Both the position numbers and the translations under genes were made by a program. From contig OY781945.1 in NCBI GenBank assembly GCA_963677435.1, forward strand, positions 2,112,001 to 2,176,000: 64,000 nucleotides of DNA. Reading direction: 5' to 3'. Source of the DNA: an uncultured Aliarcobacter sp. GTDB lineage: Bacteria > Campylobacterota > Campylobacteria > Campylobacterales > Arcobacteraceae. Numbering within the stretch: the stretch's first letter is position 1; every line of letters begins with the position of its first letter. The notes under the pieces were generated by a model. It did not search any database. It was not told the DNA's origin and was given only the letters and a program-made list of their open reading frames with translations. Below are positions 18,522-29,275 of this stretch, in pieces.

Positions 18522-19307
18522 CTACTTTAACTTAACAATTGGTTCTAAAGCATTTTTTTTAGCGAAAGAGAGAAGTCTTCCATCTTCTTTAATGTCTTTT
18601 ATAAATTTTTCAACTCTATTATAAAACTCATCATCACCATATTTAATAGCCCAAGAATAATCAGTTTTAAAATAAGTTGATTTTGGTTCAATTAACTTTG
18701 CCCAGTCAGTTTTTGCTAACATTCTTTTAGCAAAAGGGTAATCTGTCATAAAGGCATCTGCACGACCTGCTTGAACTTCTTCTTCTCTTTGATGCATCTT
18801 ATCAAGAATTAAAAGATCTGCATTTTTCAATTTTTCTTTCATAATTGCTTCATGGTAAGTACCTTTAGCAACAGCAATGATATTTCCTTTTTTATCTAAA
18901 TCATCCCAATTTTGAATTCTTTTATTGTTTTTTGTAGTTATTGCATAAACATCACTTGATAAATGTGCAGTTGTAAATCTAATTTTTTCTCTTCTTTGAG
19001 CCGTATTTCCTATTGCAAACATTGCTATATTACATACATTATTATTTATATCATCAATTAATGTTACAAAAGAACTAGGAATAAATTCTAAATTTACATT
19101 TAAATCTTTTGCCAATTCTCTAGCTAAATCACTATCAATTCCTGAGAATTGTTGAGTTCTTTGATCCAAAAATGAAATTCCATAATATTCAGGCCAAACA
19201 CATACTTTTATTTTATTTTTAGCTTTTATTTCATTAAGAATACTCTCACTTGAAAACATATTTATAGTAAAAAATACTATAAAAAATAATTTTTTTTGAA
19301 TTTTCAT
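18522..19307 (-). CDS. Periplasmic solute-binding protein, family 3 (polar amino-acid type)
   Basis: GIDSDLARELAKDL, RREKIRFT, IAVAKGTYHE, GRADAFMTD. Confidence 0.88.
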   Translation of the reverse strand: MKIQKKLFFIVFFTINMFSSESILNEIKAKNKIKVCVWPEYYGISFLDQRTQQFSGIDSDLARELAKDLNVNLEFIPSSFVTLIDDINNNVCNIAMFAIGNTAQRREKIRFTTAHLSSDVYAITTKNNKRIQNWDDLDKKGNIIAVAKGTYHEAIMKEKLKNADLLILDKMHQREEEVQAGRADAFMTDYPFAKRMLAKTDWAKLIEPKSTYFKTDYSWAIKYGDDEFYNRVEKFIKDIKEDGRLLSFAKKNALEPIVKLK

Positions 19308-19483
19308 TAGACTCCAGTTAAGATAAACTTACATAATTTTTGGCTGATTATACAAAATATAGCTATAAATCATATTAAAAGAAAATATTTATTAATAAAA
19401 TAATTTTTATTTAATATTGATTAATTTGTTTATAGTATAAAGCATTATATAATACACACTTTATTTAAAAAGGATTATTTTTT

Positions 19484-19954
19484 ATGCCAAATAACACTAT
19501 TATCTATATTTTTAATAGATTAATCAGATTATCAATTTTATTTTTTATTTTATATCTTATATTTACCAATTTTGGGACTTTTTTAATGATTATAGGAATT
19601 ATATTTGTAATTATTAGTTTTGTGATTTATAATTTTAGAAAAAAGATGAGAAGCAACAGTTATAGCTTTAGATTTGATAGTTCACAATTTAAAAATGGTC
19701 AAAATTTTAATTTTAAAGATTTTAATAATTTTAATCAATCGGATTTTCAAGGTTTTGCAAATGCACCAAGAGTTGATGAAGTTGCAAAAGCAAAAGATTT
19801 TTTTGGATTTACTCACTCTCCAACAAAAGAAGAGATAAAAAAAAGATACAAAGAATTGGCACATAAATATCATCCAGATATTAACAATGGTGAAGATACA
19901 AAAATGAAAGAGTTAAATCATTATAGGGATGTTTTGATGAAAATTGTAGGCTAA
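19484..19954 (+). CDS. Membrane-anchored J-domain protein
   Basis: Two N-terminal TM segments, F/N-rich linker, C-terminal IKKRYKELAHKYHPD. Confidence 0.85.
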   Translation: MPNNTIIYIFNRLIRLSILFFILYLIFTNFGTFLMIIGIIFVIISFVIYNFRKKMRSNSYSFRFDSSQFKNGQNFNFKDFNNFNQSDFQGFANAPRVDEVAKAKDFFGFTHSPTKEEIKKRYKELAHKYHPDINNGEDTKMKELNHYRDVLMKIVG

Positions 19955-20014
19955 TTTTTTTAAGATAGCCCATTAGTTATTGTATAATTCTAAGACAAAA
20001 ATAAAGGAAAATAT

Positions 20015-20509
20015 TTGAACATTGACATGACGAAGGTAGCAAATGTAATTTTATATATGTTACACAAACAAGTAAAAAATTTAAATGATAAAAAAGTAGC
20101 TATTATGCTTTTTTTAATGGATTTTAATCATCAAAAATATTGTGGAAAAAAGATTTTCAACGATTCGTATATAAAAGGTGCAAGACATCCTGAGCCTGTA
20201 ATTATTAGTGAACTTTTTGATATTGTTGCAAATGAGGAAGATTTAGAAGAAGATGATGAAAGAATCTTTTTAATGCAAGAATTATTGGATTATTTAGATA
20301 TTGAAGTTGTTAAAAAAGAGAAATTTATCGAATTGAATTTCATAAAAATGGAAGAAGAGTTTGATGAATCAATATTTGATAAAGATGAAATAAAAACAAT
20401 AAATAAAATTGTTTTAGAACATAAAGAATCATCTCCTAGAAATATTGCAAATGAATGTTTTAAGATAGATGAAGTAAGAAAAACTGTAAAAGGTGAAGTT
20501 ATTTTATAA
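20015..20509 (+). CDS. Panacea (DUF4065/SocA)-like domain protein
   Basis: KVANVILY...KKVAIMLFLMDFNHQKYCGKKIFNDSYIK...HPEP resembles the 'tKlnKLlyf.Df.h....G..i.gd.Y....GPvp' pattern; TTG start after AAGGA. Confidence 0.65.
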   Translation: MNIDMTKVANVILYMLHKQVKNLNDKKVAIMLFLMDFNHQKYCGKKIFNDSYIKGARHPEPVIISELFDIVANEEDLEEDDERIFLMQELLDYLDIEVVKKEKFIELNFIKMEEEFDESIFDKDEIKTINKIVLEHKESSPRNIANECFKIDEVRKTVKGEVIL

Positions 20510-20520
20510 TAACTCCCCTT

Positions 20521-21153
20521 TTAGGCTTGATTTTTTAATCTTAATAAACCTATTCCTAAAAATATAAATAACCCACCTGTAAACTTATTAAACCAATACA
20601 TTCTTTTTTCATCTTGTAACAAAGCTTTTGATTTTTTAGATAAAAAAGCATAAGTACAAAGTCCAAAAAATGAGAAAAATATAAACTCACCAGTCATAAT
20701 AAAAAATTGAGGTGCGATAGCTTTATGTAAATCTAAAAATTGTGGAAATATAGCAGTAAAAAATATAATTGGTTTTGGATTTGTTACTGCTACAAAAAAA
20801 GATTCAAAAAAGTATGCTTTTTTACTTTTTTGTTTTACATTTTTTTCAATATCTTCTATATTTAAAATTCCTTTATTTCTTAGGAATTTTATCCCTAAAT
20901 ATATAAGATAAAAAGCACCTGCAACTTTTACTATAAGAAAAAGTGTAGCCGAAGTTAAAATCAATACTCCAAGGCCTAAAATTGAAGCAGTTGATAAAAT
21001 AGTTAAACCAAGAATATTAGCAAAAGAAGATATTGCAACTGTTTTCATATCAGTTCTCATACCATTTACAATAGCTAATAAAACTGCTGGTCCAGGACTT
21101 AAAACATAAAAAAATGCAATTACTGAATATATTAAAAAAGTGTCAATATTCAT
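20521..21153 (-). CDS. LysE/RhtB family exporter
   Basis: LSPGPAVLL, KVAGAFYLIYLG, VAVTNPKPIIFF. Confidence 0.92.
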   Translation of the reverse strand: MNIDTFLIYSVIAFFYVLSPGPAVLLAIVNGMRTDMKTVAISSFANILGLTILSTASILGLGVLILTSATLFLIVKVAGAFYLIYLGIKFLRNKGILNIEDIEKNVKQKSKKAYFFESFFVAVTNPKPIIFFTAIFPQFLDLHKAIAPQFFIMTGEFIFFSFFGLCTYAFLSKKSKALLQDEKRMYWFNKFTGGLFIFLGIGLLRLKNQA

Positions 21154-21198
21154 ACTTTAACCTTTATTCTAAAATTATCATTACTTAAAAATTTATTC

Positions 21199-22131
21199 CT
21201 ATTTTCTAACCCATGAAGCGATTTGTTCTATATCATTTGGCGTTGTTTGACAACATCCTCCAATTACCCTTGCACCTTTTTCATACCACATAAAAGCCAT
21301 TTTCCCATAATCTTTTGTATTTGCTTGTGTACTCCAAGTTTTTGTAGCTCCATCGTAAGCTGCTCCACCATTTGGATAAACAATAATTGGTTTTGTTGAA
21401 ACCTCTTTAATTTGCTCAATTAAAGACTCAATATATTGGGGTGCTGTACAATTTATACCAATTGCAACAATTTGTTCTTTGTCATCTAAAAATTTTGCAC
21501 ACTCTTTTATACTTTCACCACTATTAATATGATTTCCATCTTTTGCACTAAAACTAATCCACGCTTGAGTTGATGGTAACTCTTCAAGTAACTTTACATA
21601 AGCTTTTGCTTCAATTAAACAAGGAACAGTTTCACAAGCTAATAAATCAGGTTTTGCTTCAATTAAAGCCTGCATTCTTTTTCTATGAAAATTTACAAGT
21701 TCTTCTTGAGTTAAACCATAATTTCCTCTAAACTCTGAACCATCTGCTAAATATGCACCATAAGGACCAACAGAAGCAGCTACAAGAGGTTTTATTCTAT
21801 TTGATGACTCATTGTTTTCCCAAAATTCATCTCTTGCTTGAATTGCTAGTTTTACAGAAGATTGAATAAGCTCTTTTGCTTGAGATTCAGATAATCCTTT
21901 TTTTTCAAAACCCTCAAAAGTCGCTTGATAACTCAAAGTTGTAATACAATCACTTCCAGCTTCTAAATAGTCTTTATGAACTTCATAAATAGCCTTTGGA
22001 TTTTCCATCAAAAATTTTGCTGACCAAAGTGAGTCATTTATATCATAACCTTTTCTTTCTAACTCAGTTCCTGTTGCTCCATCTATTATTAGAATTTTTT
22101 GATTTTTTAATATTTCTTTGATTTTACTCAT
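21199..22131 (-). CDS. mmuM: Homocysteine S-methyltransferase
   Basis: IDGATGTELE, LWSAKFL, AASVGPYGAYLADGSEF, GINC, VYPNGG, IGGCC (Zn ligands). Confidence 0.93.
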   Translation of the reverse strand: MSKIKEILKNQKILIIDGATGTELERKGYDINDSLWSAKFLMENPKAIYEVHKDYLEAGSDCITTLSYQATFEGFEKKGLSESQAKELIQSSVKLAIQARDEFWENNESSNRIKPLVAASVGPYGAYLADGSEFRGNYGLTQEELVNFHRKRMQALIEAKPDLLACETVPCLIEAKAYVKLLEELPSTQAWISFSAKDGNHINSGESIKECAKFLDDKEQIVAIGINCTAPQYIESLIEQIKEVSTKPIIVYPNGGAAYDGATKTWSTQANTKDYGKMAFMWYEKGARVIGGCCQTTPNDIEQIASWVRK

Positions 22132-23132
22132 TAATTTTGTCCTATATTGTTTAATTTATTTATGTACTCATTTTTAAGTTCTTGCGAAATAAAAGAAGAG
22201 TTAAAAGAATTTTTTATAAGCTTTATAATATCTTCTTTAGTTAAGTCTATATTTTCACATAAATTTATAAAATTATCATTTAAATAACCTTTGAAATATG
22301 CAGGATCATCTGAATTTACTGTTACATTTAATCCATAATCTAAAAGTTTTTTAATATTGTGTTGTTTATAGTTATCAAAAACCTTTAACTCTATATTTGA
22401 GTTTGGACAAACAGTTAAAGGAATTTGCTCATTTTTTAGTCTTTGCATTAATTCAGCTGAATTAATAGCTTGTACTCCATGGTCAATTCTTTGAATATCT
22501 AATAAATCCAAAGCTTCATAAATATAAGAGTAATCAGCCTCTTCTCCTGCATGTGCCACAAGTTTAAAGCCCTCTTCTTTTGCTTTTTGAAATACCTCTT
22601 TAAATTTTGAAGGTGGATGACCAAGTTCTGATGAATCAAGTCCAATTCCTATAATTTTATCTTTATGTGCCAAACACTCTTCAAAAGTTTTAAAAGCATC
22701 TTCTTGACTTAAATGTCTTAAAAAACACATGATAATATTTGAAGAAATTGCATACTTTTCTTTTGCATCTTTTAAAGCTTCACTAATACCCAAAATAACT
22801 GTATCAAAAGCAATTCCCCTTGAAGTATGAGTTTGTGGATCAAAAAATATTTCGGTGTGGATGATATTATTTTCCACACATTTTAAAATATATGCCCAAG
22901 TCATATCATAAAAATCATCTTTAGTAATAAGTACATTTGCACCTGCATAATAGATGTCTAAAAAAGATTGTAGATTTGTGAAGTTATATGCGGCTTTTAC
23001 TTCTTCTATAGTTTGATAGGGTATTTTTATATTGTTTTTTGTAGCAAGTTTAAACATCAACTCAGGTTCAAGTGAACCTTCAATATGAATATGAAGTTCT
23101 GCCTTTGGTAATTTTTTTATAAATTCTTTCAT
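22131..23132 (-). CDS. Adenosine-deaminase-family enzyme (probably type-2 adenine deaminase)
   Basis: LPKAELHIHIEGSLEP, FFDPQTH, VAHAGEE, RIDHG, VNSDDPAYF. Confidence 0.9.
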   Translation of the reverse strand: MKEFIKKLPKAELHIHIEGSLEPELMFKLATKNNIKIPYQTIEEVKAAYNFTNLQSFLDIYYAGANVLITKDDFYDMTWAYILKCVENNIIHTEIFFDPQTHTSRGIAFDTVILGISEALKDAKEKYAISSNIIMCFLRHLSQEDAFKTFEECLAHKDKIIGIGLDSSELGHPPSKFKEVFQKAKEEGFKLVAHAGEEADYSYIYEALDLLDIQRIDHGVQAINSAELMQRLKNEQIPLTVCPNSNIELKVFDNYKQHNIKKLLDYGLNVTVNSDDPAYFKGYLNDNFINLCENIDLTKEDIIKLIKNSFNSSFISQELKNEYINKLNNIGQN

Positions 23133-23262
23133 ATTTTTTATAGTCCTTTAATTATTTTAAAAAATGATTATACAATTTAATCACAAAGGCTTTTATTAGT
23201 ACTCATTTTAGTTTTATATAATTTTCTTTTGATATAGTAAAGTTAACAAAAGAAGGATTAAA

Positions 23263-23682
23263 ATGGCAATAAAAAATAATCAAATGGTAGAAATGTTTTA
23301 TGAATTAAAAGTTCAAAATGAAATAGTTGATAGTAATTTAAATAAAGAACCTATAATTTTTAGTTACGGTTCAGGACAAATAATTTCAGGTTTAGAAAGC
23401 AGAATTATTGATATGAATGAAGGTGAAACTTTAGACATAAATGTTCCAGCAATTGAAGCATATGGAGAATACGATGAAACATTAACACAAATTGTTCCAA
23501 TCGAAGATTTTGAGGGAATGGATTTAGAAATTGGAATGACAATAGAAGCAGAAGATGAGAATAATGAAACAGTAAGAGCCACAGTAATTGATGTTACAAA
23601 AGAAGATGTAACAATTGATTATAATCACCCTTTAGCTGGATGTGATTTAGATTTTAAGGTTACTATTAAAAGTATAAATTAA
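23263..23682 (+). CDS. FKBP-type PPIase, SlyD/SlpA-like, without His-rich tail
   Basis: GSGQIISGLE, EAYGEYD, DYNHPLAG.DL.F.V. Confidence 0.9.
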   Translation: MAIKNNQMVEMFYELKVQNEIVDSNLNKEPIIFSYGSGQIISGLESRIIDMNEGETLDINVPAIEAYGEYDETLTQIVPIEDFEGMDLEIGMTIEAEDENNETVRATVIDVTKEDVTIDYNHPLAGCDLDFKVTIKSIN

Positions 23683-23711
23683 ATAGATAAAAGAAAAATC
23701 TTTTATCTATT
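23682..23711. terminator. Bidirectional intrinsic terminator
   Basis: AATAGATAAAAGA-AAAA-TCTTTTATCTATT. Confidence 0.7.
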
Positions 23712-23740
23712 AGATTTTAAATTTAAAGAGTATTTTCACC

Positions 23741-24076
23741 TTATTTCTGAGAACTTCTTAATTGCTCTAATCCTGAAGGGGAAATCATAGTAAGTTCCCA
23801 TTTAGGAGAAAAAACGAACTTTACAGAACACTCATCTACTTCATCAATACTTTTTACAACACTAACAATTTCATCAGTAAAAGACTTGGTACTATTACAG
23901 CGTAAATTAATCAAAGTCATTTCAATATTAATGTGTACAGCATCATCAATATTTTCTACATCAGTTTTATAAATAAGCCCCAAATCATAAATATTTATAG
24001 GAAGTTCAAGGTCTTGTATTGTTTTTAATTTTTGAATTACTTTTTGAGTAATATCCTCTTTCTTAATTGTTTTCAT
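23741..24076 (-). CDS. DUF59/SufT (MIP18/PaaD-like) Fe-S assembly protein
   Basis: IQDLELPINIYDLGLIY, MTL...C, VFSPKW. Confidence 0.85.
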   Translation of the reverse strand: MKTIKKEDITQKVIQKLKTIQDLELPINIYDLGLIYKTDVENIDDAVHINIEMTLINLRCNSTKSFTDEIVSVVKSIDEVDECSVKFVFSPKWELTMISPSGLEQLRSSQK

Positions 24077-24085
24077 AATAAATAT

Positions 24086-24340
24086 CTATTCTTCTTTTTT
24101 GGGTGGTGGCAATAAATTATTAAAATCATAAGGAATAATACTTTTCTCAATTTTTTCAGTAAAATCATATAACTTTATACAAATACCAAATAAAATTGGC
24201 CATACAAATATTTGATTTATAATTAATACATTAAAGAACCAACCAATAATAACACCCAGTATCCCTATTTGTATTAATAATATATCAATCTTTTTTACTT
24301 TTAATAATTTATAATATTCTATTATTTTGTTTTTAAACAT
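24086..24340 (-). CDS. Small hypothetical membrane protein
   Basis: Two hydrophobic segments; AAGGA RBS. Confidence 0.6.
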   Translation of the reverse strand: MFKNKIIEYYKLLKVKKIDILLIQIGILGVIIGWFFNVLIINQIFVWPILFGICIKLYDFTEKIEKSIIPYDFNNLLPPPKKEE

Positions 24341-24461
24341 ATTATTTTCCTTTCATGTAATATCACTATTATAATATCAAATTAGTCATTTGATGTTTAT
24401 ATAGGTCGTTAACTTGTTAGTTTAATAAGTTTAAAAAATACAAAATTTATTTTTAAGACTT

Positions 24462-24815
24462 TTATTTTTTCAATTTTAAAAAATCACCATCGATAATCAT
24501 AAGCTTTACACCATGTTCAGTGATTGAACGATGAGAGCTTAGTTCATCTGAAACAACATATGACATTCCAGAAGTTAAGATAGATTTTGTACCATCTTTT
24601 AATTCATTTATAACTTCACCCTCTAAACAATAAACTATATGACCTTTTTCACACCAATGGTCAGCAAAATAATTTTTTGAATACTCAACGATTCTAATTC
24701 TCAATCCATCAAACTGAACAGTCTGCCAATAAGCAAAACCTGTCTCACCTTTGTGTTCTGTTTTTGGGATATTACTCCAATCAATAGTTTGAAATGGTAT
24801 GTTTTTATTGTTCAT
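24462..24815 (-). CDS. DHCW-motif cupin-fold protein
   Basis: EHKGETG.AYW, ADHWCEKGHIVYCLEGE, SHRS. Confidence 0.88.
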   Translation of the reverse strand: MNNKNIPFQTIDWSNIPKTEHKGETGFAYWQTVQFDGLRIRIVEYSKNYFADHWCEKGHIVYCLEGEVINELKDGTKSILTSGMSYVVSDELSSHRSITEHGVKLMIIDGDFLKLKK

Positions 24816-24896
24816 GTTATTCCTTTTATATATATTAAAATTTTTTCTATTAATTGAAGTTTTTTAATTTCATATTCACGATTCGTAGAAGAACAC

Positions 24897-25004
24897 CTAT
24901 CACATGAAAATTCAACATATAATAATTTTACTGAACGCCTAGCTTTTGTATATTTTAGCATCAGTAGTTTTTGTATTATGTTCGTCCAAACGTTTTGTTA
25001 TAAC
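24897..25004 (-). repeat. Degenerate long hairpin, possibly attC-like
   Basis: Minus strand TTATAAC...GTGATAG ends enclosing an imperfect stem (AACATA..TACTGA..CTA / TAG..TCAGTA..TATGTT). Confidence 0.3.
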
Positions 25005-25091
25005 AGTAGTAATTCTAGTATATAAACTTCCATCATTATATTTTAGGATGTATACTAAATATGATATTAATACTCTTTTTGTATATAATTA

Positions 25092-25700
25092 TTAATTTTT
25101 CTCACTCAAAATACCATTTTTTCTTAATTCTCTTAATAATATATTCATTTCATCTTTTAATTTAAAATGCCCTTGTTTTAAATTTTCTGTATATTCTTTT
25201 ATAGAATTTAAATGTACGATTGAATGTTGATTATGAATATCTAAATTAGTTTCTTGATATAATTTTGTTGAAAACTCATACTTATTTACTAAATCATTAT
25301 TTAATCTAAAAGAATCAACCATTCCTTTTGCTAAAGTATATGTTTGTATAATCTTTTTTCTTAAATCATTATCATTAATACGCCCTAAAAAAATTCCATT
25401 AGTATTATATACTGTAAAGAAATCACTTACTAAGGGATAGTAACATAATAATGGCTCACCATGTTTAAGAGACTCCAATCTTGAACCCATTGTTTCTTGA
25501 TAACGTTCATATATGGTTTCAATTTCATCATTTATTGAGTGTAATATAGATTTAATAAGTCTTTTTTCATTTTCTATCAATTCTTCTTTTTGATTTTTAA
25601 ATGAATCTTTTGTTGCTTTTAAAGTAAAATATCCACCTATTATTGCTCCAATTATTGCACTACTAAAACCAAAAATACCAGCTAATAAAGTATTATCCAT
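25092..25700 (-). CDS. Hypothetical protein with N-terminal TM helix (accessory-type)
   Basis: 202-aa ORF with GGGGA RBS; GFSSAIIGAIIGGY helix; no recognisable family. Confidence 0.7.
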   Translation of the reverse strand: MDNTLLAGIFGFSSAIIGAIIGGYFTLKATKDSFKNQKEELIENEKRLIKSILHSINDEIETIYERYQETMGSRLESLKHGEPLLCYYPLVSDFFTVYNTNGIFLGRINDNDLRKKIIQTYTLAKGMVDSFRLNNDLVNKYEFSTKLYQETNLDIHNQHSIVHLNSIKEYTENLKQGHFKLKDEMNILLRELRKNGILSEKN

Positions 25701-25765
25701 ATAATTATTCCCCCAACAAATTTAGATTAGTATTATTATACTTTTAATTATTATATTCTATAGTT

Positions 25766-25910
25766 AAAAGTTATGTTAGAAATATTAGATTTTTGTATTA
25801 ATCAAGGCGAAGCTTGATTTTAAGCGGAGCGTACAATTAGTACGTGAGCATTAAAATTCAAGATTCAACGCAGAGTAAGGCAAAAAGATGATGTTTATCA
25901 CATCACCTTT

Positions 25911-25911
<1 letters not shown>
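25766..25911 (+). repeat. ~146-bp imperfect palindrome (REP/MITE-like or structured RNA) downstream of guaB
   Basis: Nested arms ATGTTAGAAATATTAGATTTTTG / CAAAAAGATGATGTTTATCACAT, GAAGCTTGATTTTAA / TTAAAATTCAAGATTC and CGTAC-AATTA-GTACG. Confidence 0.75.
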
Positions 25912-27359
<1,448 letters not shown>

Positions 27360-27379
27360 TTAATCCTAATTAATATTTA

Positions 27380-28741
27380 TTATTTATTATAATTTATTGC
27401 TTTTTCTAAAGATAAAGCCCCGTCAAATAGTGTTTGTTCATCATAAGCCTTTGCAATGAATTGAAGACCAACTGGCATTCCATCTTCATCTTTATCAACT
27501 GGTAATGAAATAGCAGGAAGTCCTGCAAGATTTATTGAAATTGTATAAATATCACTTAAATACATCTCTAAAGAAGTTTTAAATGAACCAAATTTTGGAG
27601 CAGTTGTTGGAGCAACTGGAGATAAAATCAGATCAGCTTCAGCAAAAATAGCAGAATATTCATCTTTAATTAAATGCCTAACTTTTTGAGCTTTTATATA
27701 ATATGCATCATAATATCCAGAACTTAATACAAAAGAACCTAACATAATTCTTTTTTGTACTTCAGCACCAAAACCTTGTGATTTTGTTTGAATATACATA
27801 TCTTTAAGTCCAGTATCACCTTTTCTATTTCCAAATCTTACACCATCAAATCTAGCAAGATTTGCAGATGCTTCAGCAGTTGCAACAATATAGTAAGTTG
27901 ATACAATTTTATCAGTGTCTAACATATTTTTATGAATTATTTTATGCCCAGCTTTTTCTAAAGCAATTACTGCCTTCTCAAAAGCTTTTTGAATTGCTGG
28001 ACTAGCTTGCGATACAAAGTTATCAATTACTGCTATAGTTAATTTTTTATCTGCATTAAGTTTTGGACTTACTGCTTCATAAGCAACATTTGCAGAAGTT
28101 GAATCCATTGGATCATATCCTGAAATAATGTCATATAAAATAGCTGCATCTTCAACATTTTGTGTAATTGGTCCACATTGGTCTAAGGATGAAGAATAAG
28201 CTGTAATTCCATATCTCGAAACTCTTCCATAAGTTGGTTTCATTCCTACTACACCACAATAAGCAGCAGGTTGTCTAATACTTCCACCTGTATCTGTTCC
28301 AAGTGCAGCAATAGCAATTCCAGCAGCAACAGCAGCAGCTGAACCACCTGAACTTCCTCCTGGAACTTTTTCGTTATCAAGGGGATTTAGTGTTTTACCA
28401 TAACAAGAAGATTCAGTTGAACTTCCCATTGCAAATTCATCCATATTTGTTCTACCAAATGGTGATAAACCTGCTTTTTCTAAATTATTAATTACAGTTG
28501 CATTATATGGTGAAATATAACCTTTTAAAATATTACTAGAACAAGTAATTTCCCAATTTTTAACATTTATATTATCTTTTATTGCTATTGGGATACCCAT
28601 TCCAGATTGTGAAATATCTTTTGAAGTTAGTTGCTCAACATAAGCACCTATATTGTTTTGTTTTATTTTTGAAGTTAAATCATCTCTTAGTTTTTTTATA
28701 TCATCACTAGCTAAAGTTAGTGCTTCTTTTAGTGTTATCAA
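27380..28741 (-). CDS. gatA: Asp/Glu-tRNA amidotransferase subunit A
   Basis: IAIKDNI, RTNMDEFAMGSSTE, GGSSGGSAAAV, GTDTGGSIRQPA, SSGYYDAYY. Confidence 0.97.
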   Translation of the reverse strand: MITLKEALTLASDDIKKLRDDLTSKIKQNNIGAYVEQLTSKDISQSGMGIPIAIKDNINVKNWEITCSSNILKGYISPYNATVINNLEKAGLSPFGRTNMDEFAMGSSTESSCYGKTLNPLDNEKVPGGSSGGSAAAVAAGIAIAALGTDTGGSIRQPAAYCGVVGMKPTYGRVSRYGITAYSSSLDQCGPITQNVEDAAILYDIISGYDPMDSTSANVAYEAVSPKLNADKKLTIAVIDNFVSQASPAIQKAFEKAVIALEKAGHKIIHKNMLDTDKIVSTYYIVATAEASANLARFDGVRFGNRKGDTGLKDMYIQTKSQGFGAEVQKRIMLGSFVLSSGYYDAYYIKAQKVRHLIKDEYSAIFAEADLILSPVAPTTAPKFGSFKTSLEMYLSDIYTISINLAGLPAISLPVDKDEDGMPVGLQFIAKAYDEQTLFDGALSLEKAINYNK

Positions 28742-28854
28742 TCGGTTCTCCTATGATTCTACAGTTGTAGTATTACGCTGGATTATATCTAATAAATGAT
28801 TAAAATTAGGTTATAAAAGAGATTTTTAAAAAGTTATTTTTTATTATTTTATTA

Positions 28855-28890
28855 ATAAAAAAAGGGATAGAAGAAAATCTTCTATCCCTT
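28855..28890 (-). terminator. Intrinsic terminator of the rpoA operon
   Basis: AAGGGATAGAAGA-AAA-TCTTCTATCCCTT; A-run on + gives U-tail on minus strand after rplQ. Confidence 0.85.
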
Positions 28891-28911
28891 AGAAATATAA
28901 TAGAATTTCTA

Positions 28912-29262
28912 CTATACGAATGAAATGAATGCCATTGGTGTAGCATCACCTCTTCTAATTCTTGTTTTAACTATTGAAGTATATCCACCATTTCTACCTT
29001 CGTATTTTGGTGCAATTTCGTTAATTAATTTTTTTGTAGCTTCTTTACTTTGTAAAGCAGCAAATACATATCTATGTGTATTTAAATCAGCAACTCTTGC
29101 AACAGTTACTAATTTTTCAATATATCTTTTTAATTCTTTTGCTTTAGGTACAGTTGTTTCGATTTTTTCTCTTTCGATGATAGCAATTGCCATATTTTTT
29201 AACAATGCTTTTCTATGAGAAGAAGTTCTACTTAACTTTCTATATCCATGCTTATGTCTCAT
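28912..29262 (-). CDS. rplQ: 50S ribosomal protein L17
   Basis: [43 protein letters not shown]. Confidence 0.98.
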   Translation of the reverse strand: MRHKHGYRKLSRTSSHRKALLKNMAIAIIEREKIETTVPKAKELKRYIEKLVTVARVADLNTHRYVFAALQSKEATKKLINEIAPKYEGRNGGYTSIVKTRIRRGDATPMAFISFV

Positions 29263-29275
29263 ATTAAACCCTTAA

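Noticed and set aside
19685..19760. AATTTTAA-type repeats in the membrane J-domain gene
   Set aside because: Explained by an Asn/Phe-rich linker; not a discrete DNA repeat.
25815..25860. Canonical kink-turn or known riboswitch in the guaB-downstream palindrome
   Set aside because: Tandem G.A pairs are possible but the bulge is 1 nt, not 3; the element is 3' of guaB and folds better on the opposite strand, so a purine riboswitch is not supported.
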